This document shows, one piece after another, positions 1 to 8,767 of a DNA stretch of 64,000 nucleotides. Position numbers and translations under genes: made by a program. This stretch comes from Gammaproteobacteria bacterium. Lineage in GTDB: Bacteria > Pseudomonadota > Gammaproteobacteria > Magnimaribacterales > AG-339-G14. The DNA lies in assembly GCA_004213955.1 (NCBI GenBank), contig SGZL01000004.1:4235-68234 (forward strand). Direction: 5' to 3'. How positions within the stretch are numbered: the first letter of the stretch is position 1; every line of letters begins with the position of its first letter. A model generated the notes under the pieces. The model had not been told where the DNA came from. It made no database searches and saw only the letters and a program-made list of their open reading frames with translations.

Positions 1-723
1 AGGAAGAAATGAAAGAATTTGCTCTTCGTAAAATGGTAGGTTTTTAACTTTGTTAAACCAGTCATTTAATTTTGGATGACTTTTCTCGCTACAGTATCTA
101 GACAGAGTCAATTGCTCCCATCTCAGAACATAAGGAAAAATAGCTGCATCTGCTATTCCAAAATTAGTTCCCGTAAACCAATCAGAATCATCTAAACCAT
201 TTTCAAGTTTATCCATTAATTTCTTCGATTCTAACAAGCCTTGAATTACGCATTCAGCCTTAAGGCCATTTTCTATTAAGTCTCTTCGATTATCTCTTCT
301 TTCAGCATTGGGTATTTCATTAATTTCTCTTTCTAATTCGTCTTTTGGTTTGAGAATTAGAATATTTCTTACGGCAATTCCATAAGTTATCGAGCCGCCG
401 TGAACTTGATAGGCATCTGTAGTCTTCAACCATAGCCTAGTTTTATGCAAAGCTTCGGCATCGTTTGGTCTTGCTGAGATTTCAGGGAATTGATCCTCTA
501 AAAATTCTAATATTAATGATGACTCTATTATTGGATTTCCCTTAAATAATAAAGTTGGGACAACGTGATTTGGATTTATTTTTACATAGTCTACGTTGTG
601 CTGCTCTCCGGCTTGCAGATCTATAATTTTAGATTCGTATGAAAGGTTTTTTAAACCGAGAATTAACCTTACTTTTTGAGAGCAAGTAGAAGGTCCATTA
701 TGAAAGAGAACTAAGTCAGACAC
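1..723 (-). CDS. Glutathione S-transferase family protein (3' end runs off the window)
   Basis: Not in the ORF track. My translation of the minus strand from GTG at 723-721 (in-frame TAA immediately upstream) gives MSDLVLFHNGPSTCSQKVRLILGLKNLSYESKIIDLQAGEQHNVDYVKINPNHVVPTLLFKGNPIIESSLILEFLEDQFP..., open for 241 codons to position 1. It has a thioredoxin-like N-domain with VPTL/ES motifs and a helical C-domain, as in GSTs. Confidence 0.6.
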   Translation of the reverse strand, partial: MSDLVLFHNGPSTCSQKVRLILGLKNLSYESKIIDLQAGEQHNVDYVKINPNHVVPTLLFKGNPIIESSLILEFLEDQFPEISARPNDAEALHKTRLWLKTTDAYQVHGGSITYGIAVRNILILKPKDELEREINEIPNAERRDNRRDLIENGLKAECVIQGLLESKKLMDKLENGLDDSDWFTGTNFGIADAAIFPYVLRWEQLTLSRYCSEKSHPKLNDWFNKVKNLPFYEEQILSFLP

Positions 724-770
724 ATGGTCATTTTAAAGCTTAATTAACTAAAATCCTAACTAAGAAATAT

Positions 771-1211
771 TCAACTAAAATCTTTTAACATTTTTTTTAA
801 CTCAAGCTGATGTTGCTCTTCTTGGCCAATTAAATTTCTGGTGTATTCCTCTAGATATATTGAAGAGTCTTCTACGATTGGTAATAATTTTTTATACAAA
901 TTTAAGGCAAAAATCTCGTGCTCAAGACTTTCTTCAAGGATACCCTTTATAGTGTGATCATTAGTCTCAACAATATCTGATATTTTTTGACTTGGGTGAC
1001 CATCTAAACCTGTTAGCAACTCTCCAGCTGACTGGGCGTGTTGAAGAGATTCAGCTGCTTGCTCTTGTAAAAATTGAACGATCGGTAGTCTGTGAGGACC
1101 AACAACCATGAGAGAGGAGTGAGTGTATCTAACTACTCCAGCCAATTCGAATTCCATAATCTCATTCAAAATATCGCAAACCTTTTCTTTATCTAACTCT
1201 TTACGTTCCAT
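771..1211 (-). CDS. Ferritin-like (bacterioferritin/Dps superfamily) protein
   Basis: 146 aa with four-helix-bundle style repeats of acidic/His motifs (EFELAG, AESLQH, LEHEIFAL, EEQHQLE). The first half does not show a clean ExxH, so the subfamily is uncertain. Confidence 0.6.
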   Translation of the reverse strand: MERKELDKEKVCDILNEIMEFELAGVVRYTHSSLMVVGPHRLPIVQFLQEQAAESLQHAQSAGELLTGLDGHPSQKISDIVETNDHTIKGILEESLEHEIFALNLYKKLLPIVEDSSIYLEEYTRNLIGQEEQHQLELKKMLKDFS

Positions 1212-1347
1212 GAATTACCTCTTAATTTGTATTAATTATATTTGAAATTCAACGAAATTCTTCCGATGAGAATTAAGAAAACAATGATTATCATTTACAA
1301 AAAATAACTTAATTGAAATAATTAAGAATACAATTTTAGGAGAGTTT

Positions 1348-1776
1348 ATGAATACCGAGATTTTTTTACCAGTTTTTTTGATGTTTGTTCTTACATCTTT
1401 GGTTTTTCTTTTTAATACTACGGTGCGTTTTAAAGATGTTTTAATTGACAAAGGTCATAGAGCATCTGAACTATTCAAAATACCTGTAGCATCCTCAGCA
1501 AATGACATAATAAGACAGGGAGATAGAAATTTAATAAATCTCTTTGAATTTCCAATATTCTTTTATGTGGTTTGTATTTCAATTTATGTAACGGGTAAGG
1601 TTGATGATTATTTTGTTTTATTAGCATATTGGTTTGTAGGATTTAGAGTAATTCATAGTATTTATCATATTTTTATTAATGGCTTTATAGGAGCAATGCC
1701 AGTGAGAGCATTATTTTTCTTGCCAAGCTGGCTCATAGTAGCTTGGATGTGGGTAAGACTTATTCAGATGTTTTAA
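1348..1776 (+). CDS. MAPEG family membrane protein
   Basis: 142 aa with about 4 TM segments. DRNLINLFEFP fits the MAPEG RxxxNxxExxP motif. AGGAG lies 5 nt upstream of the ATG. Confidence 0.55.
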   Translation: MNTEIFLPVFLMFVLTSLVFLFNTTVRFKDVLIDKGHRASELFKIPVASSANDIIRQGDRNLINLFEFPIFFYVVCISIYVTGKVDDYFVLLAYWFVGFRVIHSIYHIFINGFIGAMPVRALFFLPSWLIVAWMWVRLIQMF

Positions 1777-2449
1777 AATTTTTGAATACAAAAAATAAAG
1801 GATAAGCCAGAATTACCATCTGAAAATAAGATAGAAAACTATTCATAATAATATTTATAAAGAAGGGTATTTCAGATGCTCCTTCATTTATAAATAGAGC
1901 AGAAAGTAAAAAAATTATTAAAAAATAAGGGATTAATAAAACAAACCAATACAGTAATAATAAATACACAAATTGAATTTGATTATTACCTGTAATCTTC
2001 CAAGACTTATCTAAGGCTTCTGTGATCGCACAGTTTTCTGTAATTAAGAAAAAAGGGGCCAGAATCAATCTAGACGCTAGATAAACGCCCGGCAAAATAA
2101 ATAAAATTAATCCAATTAAAGTTATTAAGCTTAAAGCCAGAGATAAAATAAATAATTTAAAAAAGATTTGAAAAGAAACTAAATAATATCCAATGGTTTC
2201 TTTTAAAGAATTGAATAATAAATCATTGACTATCAATACTGATAATACTGCTATAAAAGGGTTCAAAAACATGTTCGTTACAATAAAAAAAATAGCTCCC
2301 CAAGTAAAAAATTTTTCATCATTTAATAAAACTTCTCCGGTTGCTGTAAATATTCCTATTAACAAAAAAACCGGCAAAGTTCTTAAGCTAAAAATTAAGA
2401 AAGTGTCTTTATAAAATTTAAAACCCGCAGATATGAAAGATAATGGCAT
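1760..2449 (-). CDS. Multi-pass membrane protein, function unknown (YciC/UPF0259-like architecture, tentative)
   Basis: 229 aa and highly hydrophobic with about 6 TM segments. The segment ILPGVYLASRLILAPFFLITE...ALDKSWKIT resembles the YciC-type layout. The 3' end overlaps the convergent MAPEG gene by 17 nt. Confidence 0.4.
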   Translation of the reverse strand: MPLSFISAGFKFYKDTFLIFSLRTLPVFLLIGIFTATGEVLLNDEKFFTWGAIFFIVTNMFLNPFIAVLSVLIVNDLLFNSLKETIGYYLVSFQIFFKLFILSLALSLITLIGLILFILPGVYLASRLILAPFFLITENCAITEALDKSWKITGNNQIQFVYLLLLYWFVLLIPYFLIIFLLSALFINEGASEIPFFINIIMNSFLSYFQMVILAYPLFFVFKNFKTSE

Positions 2450-2479
2450 AATTATATTTTATAACTTTACTAGAAAATT

Positions 2480-2704
2480 ATGATAGAAATTTGGTCAAAA
2501 CCTCAATGTCCTTTTTGCGATAAAGCAGAAAACTTGTGTATTCAAAAAGATTTTGAATACAAAAAATATATGCTTGATGAAGATTTTTCAAGAGATCAAT
2601 TCATGGAAAAGTTTCCAACTGCAAGAACTTTTCCACAGATACTTATTGATGGAAAATTGATCGGAGGTTATACAGAGTTTGCTGCTGAAGTAGGAATAGA
2701 ATAA
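2480..2704 (+). CDS. Glutaredoxin
   Basis: 74 aa with a CPFC active site near the N-terminus and TFPQILIDGKLIGGY, the typical glutaredoxin cis-Pro/GG region. Confidence 0.8.
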   Translation: MIEIWSKPQCPFCDKAENLCIQKDFEYKKYMLDEDFSRDQFMEKFPTARTFPQILIDGKLIGGYTEFAAEVGIE

Positions 2705-2709
2705 TTTAT

Positions 2710-4740
2710 TTAAGTTTCTGATAGTTTCAATAAAAACGCATTGTCCTGAGCTGACTCTTCCAACGCATTCAATCTGCCACTTTTTCCTGCATGACCTCCA
2801 ATTAAATTCATTTTTAAAAGAATTGGATTTCCAGAAATAGAATTTTCTCTAAGTTTCGGCACATATTTAGCGGGTTCAAAGTACTGAACTTGTGAATCGA
2901 ATAAACTACTGGTTACAAATACTGTAGGATAATTTTTATTTTCAATATTATCGTATGGTGAATACGATTTAATGTAATCATATTCTTCTTTAAATTTTGG
3001 GTTGCCCCATTCTTTGTATTCAAAAGTTGTCAAAGGAATAGATTCATCTGACATCGTAGTTAACACGTCTACAAATGGAACGGCGGAAATTATGCCTTTA
3101 TACAGCTCAGGTTCGTAATTTATTATGGCGCCCATTAATAAACCGCCGGCACTACCACCAAATGCAAAAACATTTTTTTCATCTCCTATATTTTTTAAAA
3201 GAAGTCCTTTAGTTGAGTCAATAAAATCAAAAAAAGTGTTCTTCTTCTTTAACATTTTTCCATCTTCATACCATTGTCTCCCCATTTCTGAGCCACCTCT
3301 AATATGGGAAATACAAAAAATAAAGCCTCTATCTATTAAAGGAATCATTGTTTTTCTGAAACTCGCATCGATAATACTTCCATAAGAACCGTACCCATAA
3401 ACCAATATAGGCGCTGTTTTAAGATCTATTCCTTTTTTATAGATTAGAGAGTTAGGAACTTTGGTTCCATCTCTTGCCTTAATTTTTATTCGATCCGTTT
3501 GATAAAGATTTTCATCGAAATTAATTACTTCAGAATGCCAAACCTCTTTCTTTTTATTTGTCTCTAAATTTAAAGAAAATACAGTGCTTGGTTTTCTTAA
3601 ACTTGTATAACCATAAAGAAATTCTTTTGCTTCGTAATCTGGATTTGATGAAATATAACAACTATAAGCTGGATCAGGAAATTCTATAAATTCTTTTGAA
3701 AAATCATTTATATTTAGTTTAAGAATTTTAGGTAAACCATCCTCTCTGATATCAATAAATATAAAATTAGGAAAACAAATAAAGTCTTCCAAGAGTACTT
3801 TGTGATCATGATCTAGAATAGTTTTCCAATTAGAATAATTTCCAAAATCCATTTCCTTGAATTCTAATAGAGAAAAATTTATACATTCATCTTTATTGGA
3901 AAGAGCATAAAAAGCATCTGGAGTGTCCTCGACATAATATAAATGTTTGTCAGAACGACTGAGAACACATTTAGGTTGATCAAAGATTCTTGAAAGTTCT
4001 ATAAGCCATATTTCATTGGATTCAGTTTTACTTGAATTTATATACAAGTACTTGTCTGTACGTGATTTAGAGATAGATATATTAAACTCGGCATCTTTTT
4101 CTTCAAAAACAAGGACATCTTTGTCTTGAGATTCTCCAAGTTTATGACGATAAACTTTATTCGAAATAAGCGTTTCAGGATCTTTTACTGTGTAAAAAAT
4201 ATTTTCGTTATTTCCCCATGAAATATTTCCTGAGGCATTCTTCAATTCGTCAATGATGATTGCATCATTTTGTAAATTTTTAAATTTAATCGTATATTCT
4301 CGTCTTCCATTTATATCCTCTCCAAAAGCAATAATTTCATTATTGGGTGAAGGTGAAATACCAGATATCTGATAAAAATCTAAATCCTTACTCAATTCAT
4401 TAATATTTAATATCTCTTCCACTGAGCTGGCTTTTTCTCTGAAATAAACAGGGTACTGTTCGTCTGATTTAATTTTGGAAAAGTAATAAAAATCATTTTT
4501 TTTAATTTTTAAAGACGTTTCTTCTTTGGGAATAGATTTTAGTAACTCTCCATAAATTTCATTTCTATAATCTTTCCCTTCAGCAAACCAATTTTCACTG
4601 TATTTATTTTCTTCTTCTAAATATTCAATAATCTCTTTATTTGTTCTTGAGTCATCTCTTAACCAATAATAATCATCTGATCTTTGGTCTCCATGAGCTT
4701 TTAAAATTTTAGGTTTTTTCTTTGGTATTGGAGGCAACAT
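2710..4740 (-). CDS. ptrB: Oligopeptidase B / prolyl oligopeptidase family S9A serine protease
   Basis: 676 aa. N-terminal beta-propeller-like region plus a C-terminal alpha/beta hydrolase with the GGSAGGLLMG nucleophile elbow and a late GGH. The N-terminal DDYYWLRDD motif is typical of protease II. Confidence 0.85.
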   Translation of the reverse strand: MLPPIPKKKPKILKAHGDQRSDDYYWLRDDSRTNKEIIEYLEEENKYSENWFAEGKDYRNEIYGELLKSIPKEETSLKIKKNDFYYFSKIKSDEQYPVYFREKASSVEEILNINELSKDLDFYQISGISPSPNNEIIAFGEDINGRREYTIKFKNLQNDAIIIDELKNASGNISWGNNENIFYTVKDPETLISNKVYRHKLGESQDKDVLVFEEKDAEFNISISKSRTDKYLYINSSKTESNEIWLIELSRIFDQPKCVLSRSDKHLYYVEDTPDAFYALSNKDECINFSLLEFKEMDFGNYSNWKTILDHDHKVLLEDFICFPNFIFIDIREDGLPKILKLNINDFSKEFIEFPDPAYSCYISSNPDYEAKEFLYGYTSLRKPSTVFSLNLETNKKKEVWHSEVINFDENLYQTDRIKIKARDGTKVPNSLIYKKGIDLKTAPILVYGYGSYGSIIDASFRKTMIPLIDRGFIFCISHIRGGSEMGRQWYEDGKMLKKKNTFFDFIDSTKGLLLKNIGDEKNVFAFGGSAGGLLMGAIINYEPELYKGIISAVPFVDVLTTMSDESIPLTTFEYKEWGNPKFKEEYDYIKSYSPYDNIENKNYPTVFVTSSLFDSQVQYFEPAKYVPKLRENSISGNPILLKMNLIGGHAGKSGRLNALEESAQDNAFLLKLSET

Positions 4741-4831
4741 ATTTTTTTATGATAACTTAATTATTGCAAAAACATTTTATTCAAATATATTAACAATCAA
4801 ATATATCTAAGCACCTTCTATATAACTATAA

Positions 4832-7147
4832 ATGTCTAAAAAAATAATTTATTTTTTCTTAACTATTTTTTTTACTATAAATCTTCATAGTGTCATCATT
4901 GATGGAGAATTGTCTGAGCCTGAATGGCAAAAAGCAAAATCTTTCACTGACTTTCTAACTATTTTCCCTGATACCTTAGATTCCCCAAAATATAAGACAG
5001 AAGCTAAATATTTCGCTGACGAAAAGGGTATATATTTTGCTTTTATAAATTATCAACCAAAAGAAAAACAAACTTTCCAAAAACATCCAAGAGATTCCTT
5101 TTATGCGAACGCAGATAGAAATTACGTAATTATAGATTTTAACAATAACGCTAATGTAGGTTATGAATTCACCGTAACACTTGGCGATTCAATAAGAGAT
5201 GCAATTTTTGTTGATGAAAATGATTTTTCAGATCAATGGGATGCTATCTGGTACGCAAAAACTAAGAGTTACGACGAGTATTGGATATCTGAATTTTTAA
5301 TTCCATGGGATGTTGCTCCAATGATAAATGTGGAGGGTCCTTATCGTGACATAAGCGTATCTTTGGCTAGATGGGCTTTTAGTGAAAATGAAGTCTATAA
5401 CTCTCCTGGTTTAAGTTTTTACAAATCTCCTTTTTTATCAAAATTTAAAAAGCTGCAAATTAAAAATCTAAATACACAAAAAACACGAATAGATTTTTTT
5501 CCTTATGCAAGTTTTACTAATAATTTTATTCAAGATAATAGACAAGTAAATGTTGGTGGAGAGATTTTCTGGGATATTAACCAAAACTCAAAGTTAGACT
5601 TCACTTTTAATCCTGATTTTGGTCAAGTCGAGAGCGACGATGTAATTGTAAATTTTTCAGCCATTGAAACTTATTATCCAGACAAGAGACCTTTTTTTAC
5701 TGAAAATCAGACGCTTTTTGATGTAACTGGATGGAATCTTAGATTTATTAATACAAGAAGAATAGGAGCTATACCTGATAAGTGTTCTGATACAAATAGA
5801 AGCCATTTAGGAGAGTGTAAAGATAGTTTAATTGATACCACTGATATCAACTTTGCACTACGCTACACTCAAAGAGACGAGTCAAATGAATTCGGAGTTT
5901 TTAGCGCATTTGAAGATGATTCCATATTTTCTGAAGGAAGAGATTTTTTAGCTTTTAGATATAGATCTACTAGAGATTTTCTAAATACAAAAATAGGATA
6001 TTTATTAACCTCGGTTGATAGGCCGTCTATTGACAGAACTGCTGAAACTCATACTTTGGACTATGATTTTAAACCCTCTAATTCATCACGTGTTTATGGA
6101 TGGGTAAGCCAAGTGAATACTGAGGAACTAGGCGACAAAAAAACAGGATATGGATTTAGAGCTTTAGTTACAAATCGTTTTTCAGATAAATTATTTGCTT
6201 TGCTTGTTTTGAATTACCTCGATGAAAATTTCAATATAAATGATATGGGTTACGTCGAACAATACGGGAGCAGTTTCATTGGAAGTTTCCTCCAATACAG
6301 TAAACCCAATAACGACGAAACTTCTATTATTTCTCAGCAAAATTACTCGTTAAGAATGGGTTATAACAGATCATACCAAGGCTATGGCGGTGGAGTAGGC
6401 GCTACTTTGGAGTATGAACTTAGTTTTAAAGATAGTTCTAGGCTTGAAATTTCTTGTGACTGCACTTTATTTAGAGGGAAAGATTATGTAGAAACCAGAA
6501 ATTATGTAAATTCACCTTATTTAGAATCTTTAGGCAATCAGGAACTTGTCATTGAATACTCAACGCCAAGGACAAACATGTTTCAACATAGATTTAAATT
6601 AGGATACGAAACCAGTGGTTATGAAACGGCTGATTCTAATGGCGATCTTAGATCAGAAGGTCACACAGTTGGATATGGGGTTTTAATGAAATTATCTGAA
6701 AATCTGAAAATATTTTTAAGCCCTATAGAATATCAAACTCAATCTAATTGGAGTGTTTGGAGGACAGATAACCTTTTTGGTTATTACGATAAAGAAATGA
6801 TTAGCTCAGGTTTGAGTGTTGATTGGTTTATAGGTAATAGGCAAGAAATAAGATTAAAAGGAAAAATTTATGGAATTAAAGCCAATGAAGCAAGAGCATA
6901 TAGAGCTAATTCTTTTGGGTACTTAAATTTATCATCTGATTCTTTGGATTCTTTTGAGCTATCGGAAACTGCTTTTCAAGTAAGGTATAAATATCAATTT
7001 GCACCGTTGTCAGATTTATATGTTGTCTACACAAGAGGTGGAAAATATAACTTTGGTAGAGAAAATTCTTTTGAAAAAATTTATTCAGGTGCATGGTCTA
7101 ATCAAAATCTTGACAAATTCATCATAAAACTTAGATATAAACTCTAA
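4832..7147 (+). CDS. Secreted/outer-membrane protein, DUF5916-like with an N-terminal carbohydrate-binding-family-9-like region (tentative)
   Basis: 771 aa with an N-terminal signal peptide (KKIIYFFLTIFFTINLHS), alternating beta-strand-like composition rich in aromatics/Gly, and a C-terminal aromatic-rich end (IKLRYKL). Family assignment is from memory of the architecture only. Confidence 0.5.
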   Translation: MSKKIIYFFLTIFFTINLHSVIIDGELSEPEWQKAKSFTDFLTIFPDTLDSPKYKTEAKYFADEKGIYFAFINYQPKEKQTFQKHPRDSFYANADRNYVIIDFNNNANVGYEFTVTLGDSIRDAIFVDENDFSDQWDAIWYAKTKSYDEYWISEFLIPWDVAPMINVEGPYRDISVSLARWAFSENEVYNSPGLSFYKSPFLSKFKKLQIKNLNTQKTRIDFFPYASFTNNFIQDNRQVNVGGEIFWDINQNSKLDFTFNPDFGQVESDDVIVNFSAIETYYPDKRPFFTENQTLFDVTGWNLRFINTRRIGAIPDKCSDTNRSHLGECKDSLIDTTDINFALRYTQRDESNEFGVFSAFEDDSIFSEGRDFLAFRYRSTRDFLNTKIGYLLTSVDRPSIDRTAETHTLDYDFKPSNSSRVYGWVSQVNTEELGDKKTGYGFRALVTNRFSDKLFALLVLNYLDENFNINDMGYVEQYGSSFIGSFLQYSKPNNDETSIISQQNYSLRMGYNRSYQGYGGGVGATLEYELSFKDSSRLEISCDCTLFRGKDYVETRNYVNSPYLESLGNQELVIEYSTPRTNMFQHRFKLGYETSGYETADSNGDLRSEGHTVGYGVLMKLSENLKIFLSPIEYQTQSNWSVWRTDNLFGYYDKEMISSGLSVDWFIGNRQEIRLKGKIYGIKANEARAYRANSFGYLNLSSDSLDSFELSETAFQVRYKYQFAPLSDLYVVYTRGGKYNFGRENSFEKIYSGAWSNQNLDKFIIKLRYKL

Positions 7148-7218
7148 TTTCAAAAATTTATAATTTGTATAATCTAAAGCCTTAAGTAGAATAAATATTC
7201 TTAAAATGTCTAAGTAAC

Positions 7219-7683
7219 ATGGATTTTATTATTGAATACCTAAACACTCTTCTTGGCGGGCTAGCTGCTTTGGCTGGTATTGTTTCTATTTACTACTTGA
7301 TTAGAGAGATGCAAGAGCAAAATAGAGTTGCTAGAGCTAATGCGAGACAAAATGTATCAGATAGCCATCAAGAAATCGCTTTAAAAGGCATGACTCCAAG
7401 AATGGTAAAAATTAAGCTCAAATTAAGACAAAACGAAGATTTAACTCCTGAAGAAGATGCAGCTTATCTGACCTATTTTAGTATTATGCTTAGATCTAGA
7501 GAAAACCAACACTATCAATATTCTATTGGAATGATCGATGCGTCAGAATGGGATAATTATTTAAAATCTTTTAAAACTTTGTTTAAGTCTGAATATCATC
7601 TGAAATTATGGGGTTTTATGAAGGAAACTTTTAATGAAGAATTTGTAAAAATTGTAGATGGGATAATAAATGAAAGTAATTGA
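7219..7683 (+). CDS. Hypothetical membrane-anchored protein
   Basis: 154 aa with one N-terminal TM helix (LLGGLAALAGIVSIYYLI) followed by a soluble helical region. Its stop overlaps the start of the EAL gene by 14 nt. No family recognised. Confidence 0.45.
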   Translation: MDFIIEYLNTLLGGLAALAGIVSIYYLIREMQEQNRVARANARQNVSDSHQEIALKGMTPRMVKIKLKLRQNEDLTPEEDAAYLTYFSIMLRSRENQHYQYSIGMIDASEWDNYLKSFKTLFKSEYHLKLWGFMKETFNEEFVKIVDGIINESN

Positions 7684-8767
7684 AGTAGAACAAGCACAGT
7701 ATCTTATTAAATCCCTCCAACATCATCCTAGTCCTTATATTATTTTTGATAAAAAAGGCGGGGTTGAGTGGTTAAATAATTCTGCTCAATATATTTTTAA
7801 TCTCAAAGACGATGAATCTATTTCGATAGAACCAATTACTAGTATCAATAAAAATAGCAATACATCAGAAATAGCTAGATCCTTCGATACCGATATTCAA
7901 GTGAAATTAAGATCCATTGAATTTTTTTTAAGAACACGAATTCATGAAATTCCTTTTGAAAATAATTCTTCTTTCTTTTTAATTGAAGCTTTGGCTAATT
8001 CAGAGGCAGCTCTGGATGCTCTAAGAGAAACTATTAGCTGTCTTGAAAATGACCGAATAAGTATGGCATTTCAGAAGCAAGTGGATATAAAAACAGGAGA
8101 AATTATTGGAGTAGAGTCTCTTTTAAGGTTATTAGATGAGGAAGGTAATATCATATCAAATGATAAATTGATTCCATTAGTTGAAGGCGAGCATCTTTTC
8201 TCTTTAGTGGTTTTAGCATCATTAAAAAAATTAAAAGATTTTTTTAGTTTTATAAATTCAAAAAACTTAGGAAACTTTCCTACATTTTTAAATGTCTCTG
8301 CGTATACTGTAATGCAAGAAAATTTTACTAAAATAATATTAGATTTTGTTGAAGACAATGGTCTTAAGGAAAATCAGTTAGGTTTAGAAATTACTGAAAC
8401 AGCTGAATTAGAAGATAGAAAAAAAGCTTCCAAAGCATTTGAATTACTTAGAGATAATGGTGTCCCATTAGCCTTAGACGACTTTGGAGCTGGATATTCT
8501 TCGCTTAGTTATCTAAGAGATTTACCTATAAGCTTGATCAAATTAGATAAAAATTTTGCTTCTACAATCGATTTAGTTGACACAAAAGAACTTGTAAAAT
8601 TTGTTGTTAATATTTCAGAAAATCTTAATTTAGATATGCTTATTGAAGGTATAGAAACTGAAGAACAAAAAAATATTTTTTTAGAACTTGGATGTAAGAA
8701 AGGTCAAGGCTATTTCTTTCACCGTCCAGAGTTTTTGAAAGACTTTGCGAGAAATTTAGATGAGTGA
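7670..8767 (+). CDS. EAL-domain c-di-GMP phosphodiesterase with an N-terminal sensor-like region
   Basis: 365 aa. EAL signature residues are readable: GVESLLR (ESL variant of EAL), FLNVS, LEITE, DDFGAGYSSLSYL, KLDK, EGIETEEQ, QGYFF. Confidence 0.85.
   Translation: MKVIEVEQAQYLIKSLQHHPSPYIIFDKKGGVEWLNNSAQYIFNLKDDESISIEPITSINKNSNTSEIARSFDTDIQVKLRSIEFFLRTRIHEIPFENNSSFFLIEALANSEAALDALRETISCLENDRISMAFQKQVDIKTGEIIGVESLLRLLDEEGNIISNDKLIPLVEGEHLFSLVVLASLKKLKDFFSFINSKNLGNFPTFLNVSAYTVMQENFTKIILDFVEDNGLKENQLGLEITETAELEDRKKASKAFELLRDNGVPLALDDFGAGYSSLSYLRDLPISLIKLDKNFASTIDLVDTKELVKFVVNISENLNLDMLIEGIETEEQKNIFLELGCKKGQGYFFHRPEFLKDFARNLDE

Noticed and set aside
1236-1451. 71-aa minus-strand ORF between the ferritin-like and MAPEG genes.
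   Set aside because: It overlaps the MAPEG start, which has a good AGGAG SD. Its basic, low-complexity translation shows no motif. It is most likely promoter/UTR DNA.
2193-2414. 73-aa plus-strand ORF.
   Set aside because: It is entirely antisense to the 229-aa membrane-protein gene, and the K/N-rich translation is typical of reverse-frame noise.
3125-3385. Track ORFs lying antisense or out of frame inside long, well-supported genes. These are 3125-3385, 6906-7094, 8071-8358, 8918-9169, 11096-11383, 11747-11950, 12143-12364, 13041-13277, 14636-14872, 16800-17042, 17658-17963, 20130-20414, 20221-20499, 20921-21106, 23059-23259, 25741-26052, 31529-31714, 32270-32533 and 32773-33021. They also include 38514-38708, 40845-41045, 42307-42654, 44388-44582, 46116-46352, 49484-49840, 52406-52642, 53119-53337, 54154-54384, 57961-58245, 58357-58623, 59188-59424, 59740-59949, 60549-60818, 61162-61353, 62319-62552, 62527-62739 and 62532-62744.
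   Set aside because: Each is fully embedded in a gene with clear family motifs on the other strand or frame. Their translations are low-complexity (S/F/L/I/K-rich), as expected for the reverse frames of AT-rich coding DNA, and none shows a recognisable motif.
4781-4806. 10-nt direct repeat TCAAATATAT x2 in the divergent ptrB / outer-membrane-protein promoter region.
   Set aside because: It is short and pure A/T-rich, so such repeats are expected by chance in this composition. I saw no further copies.
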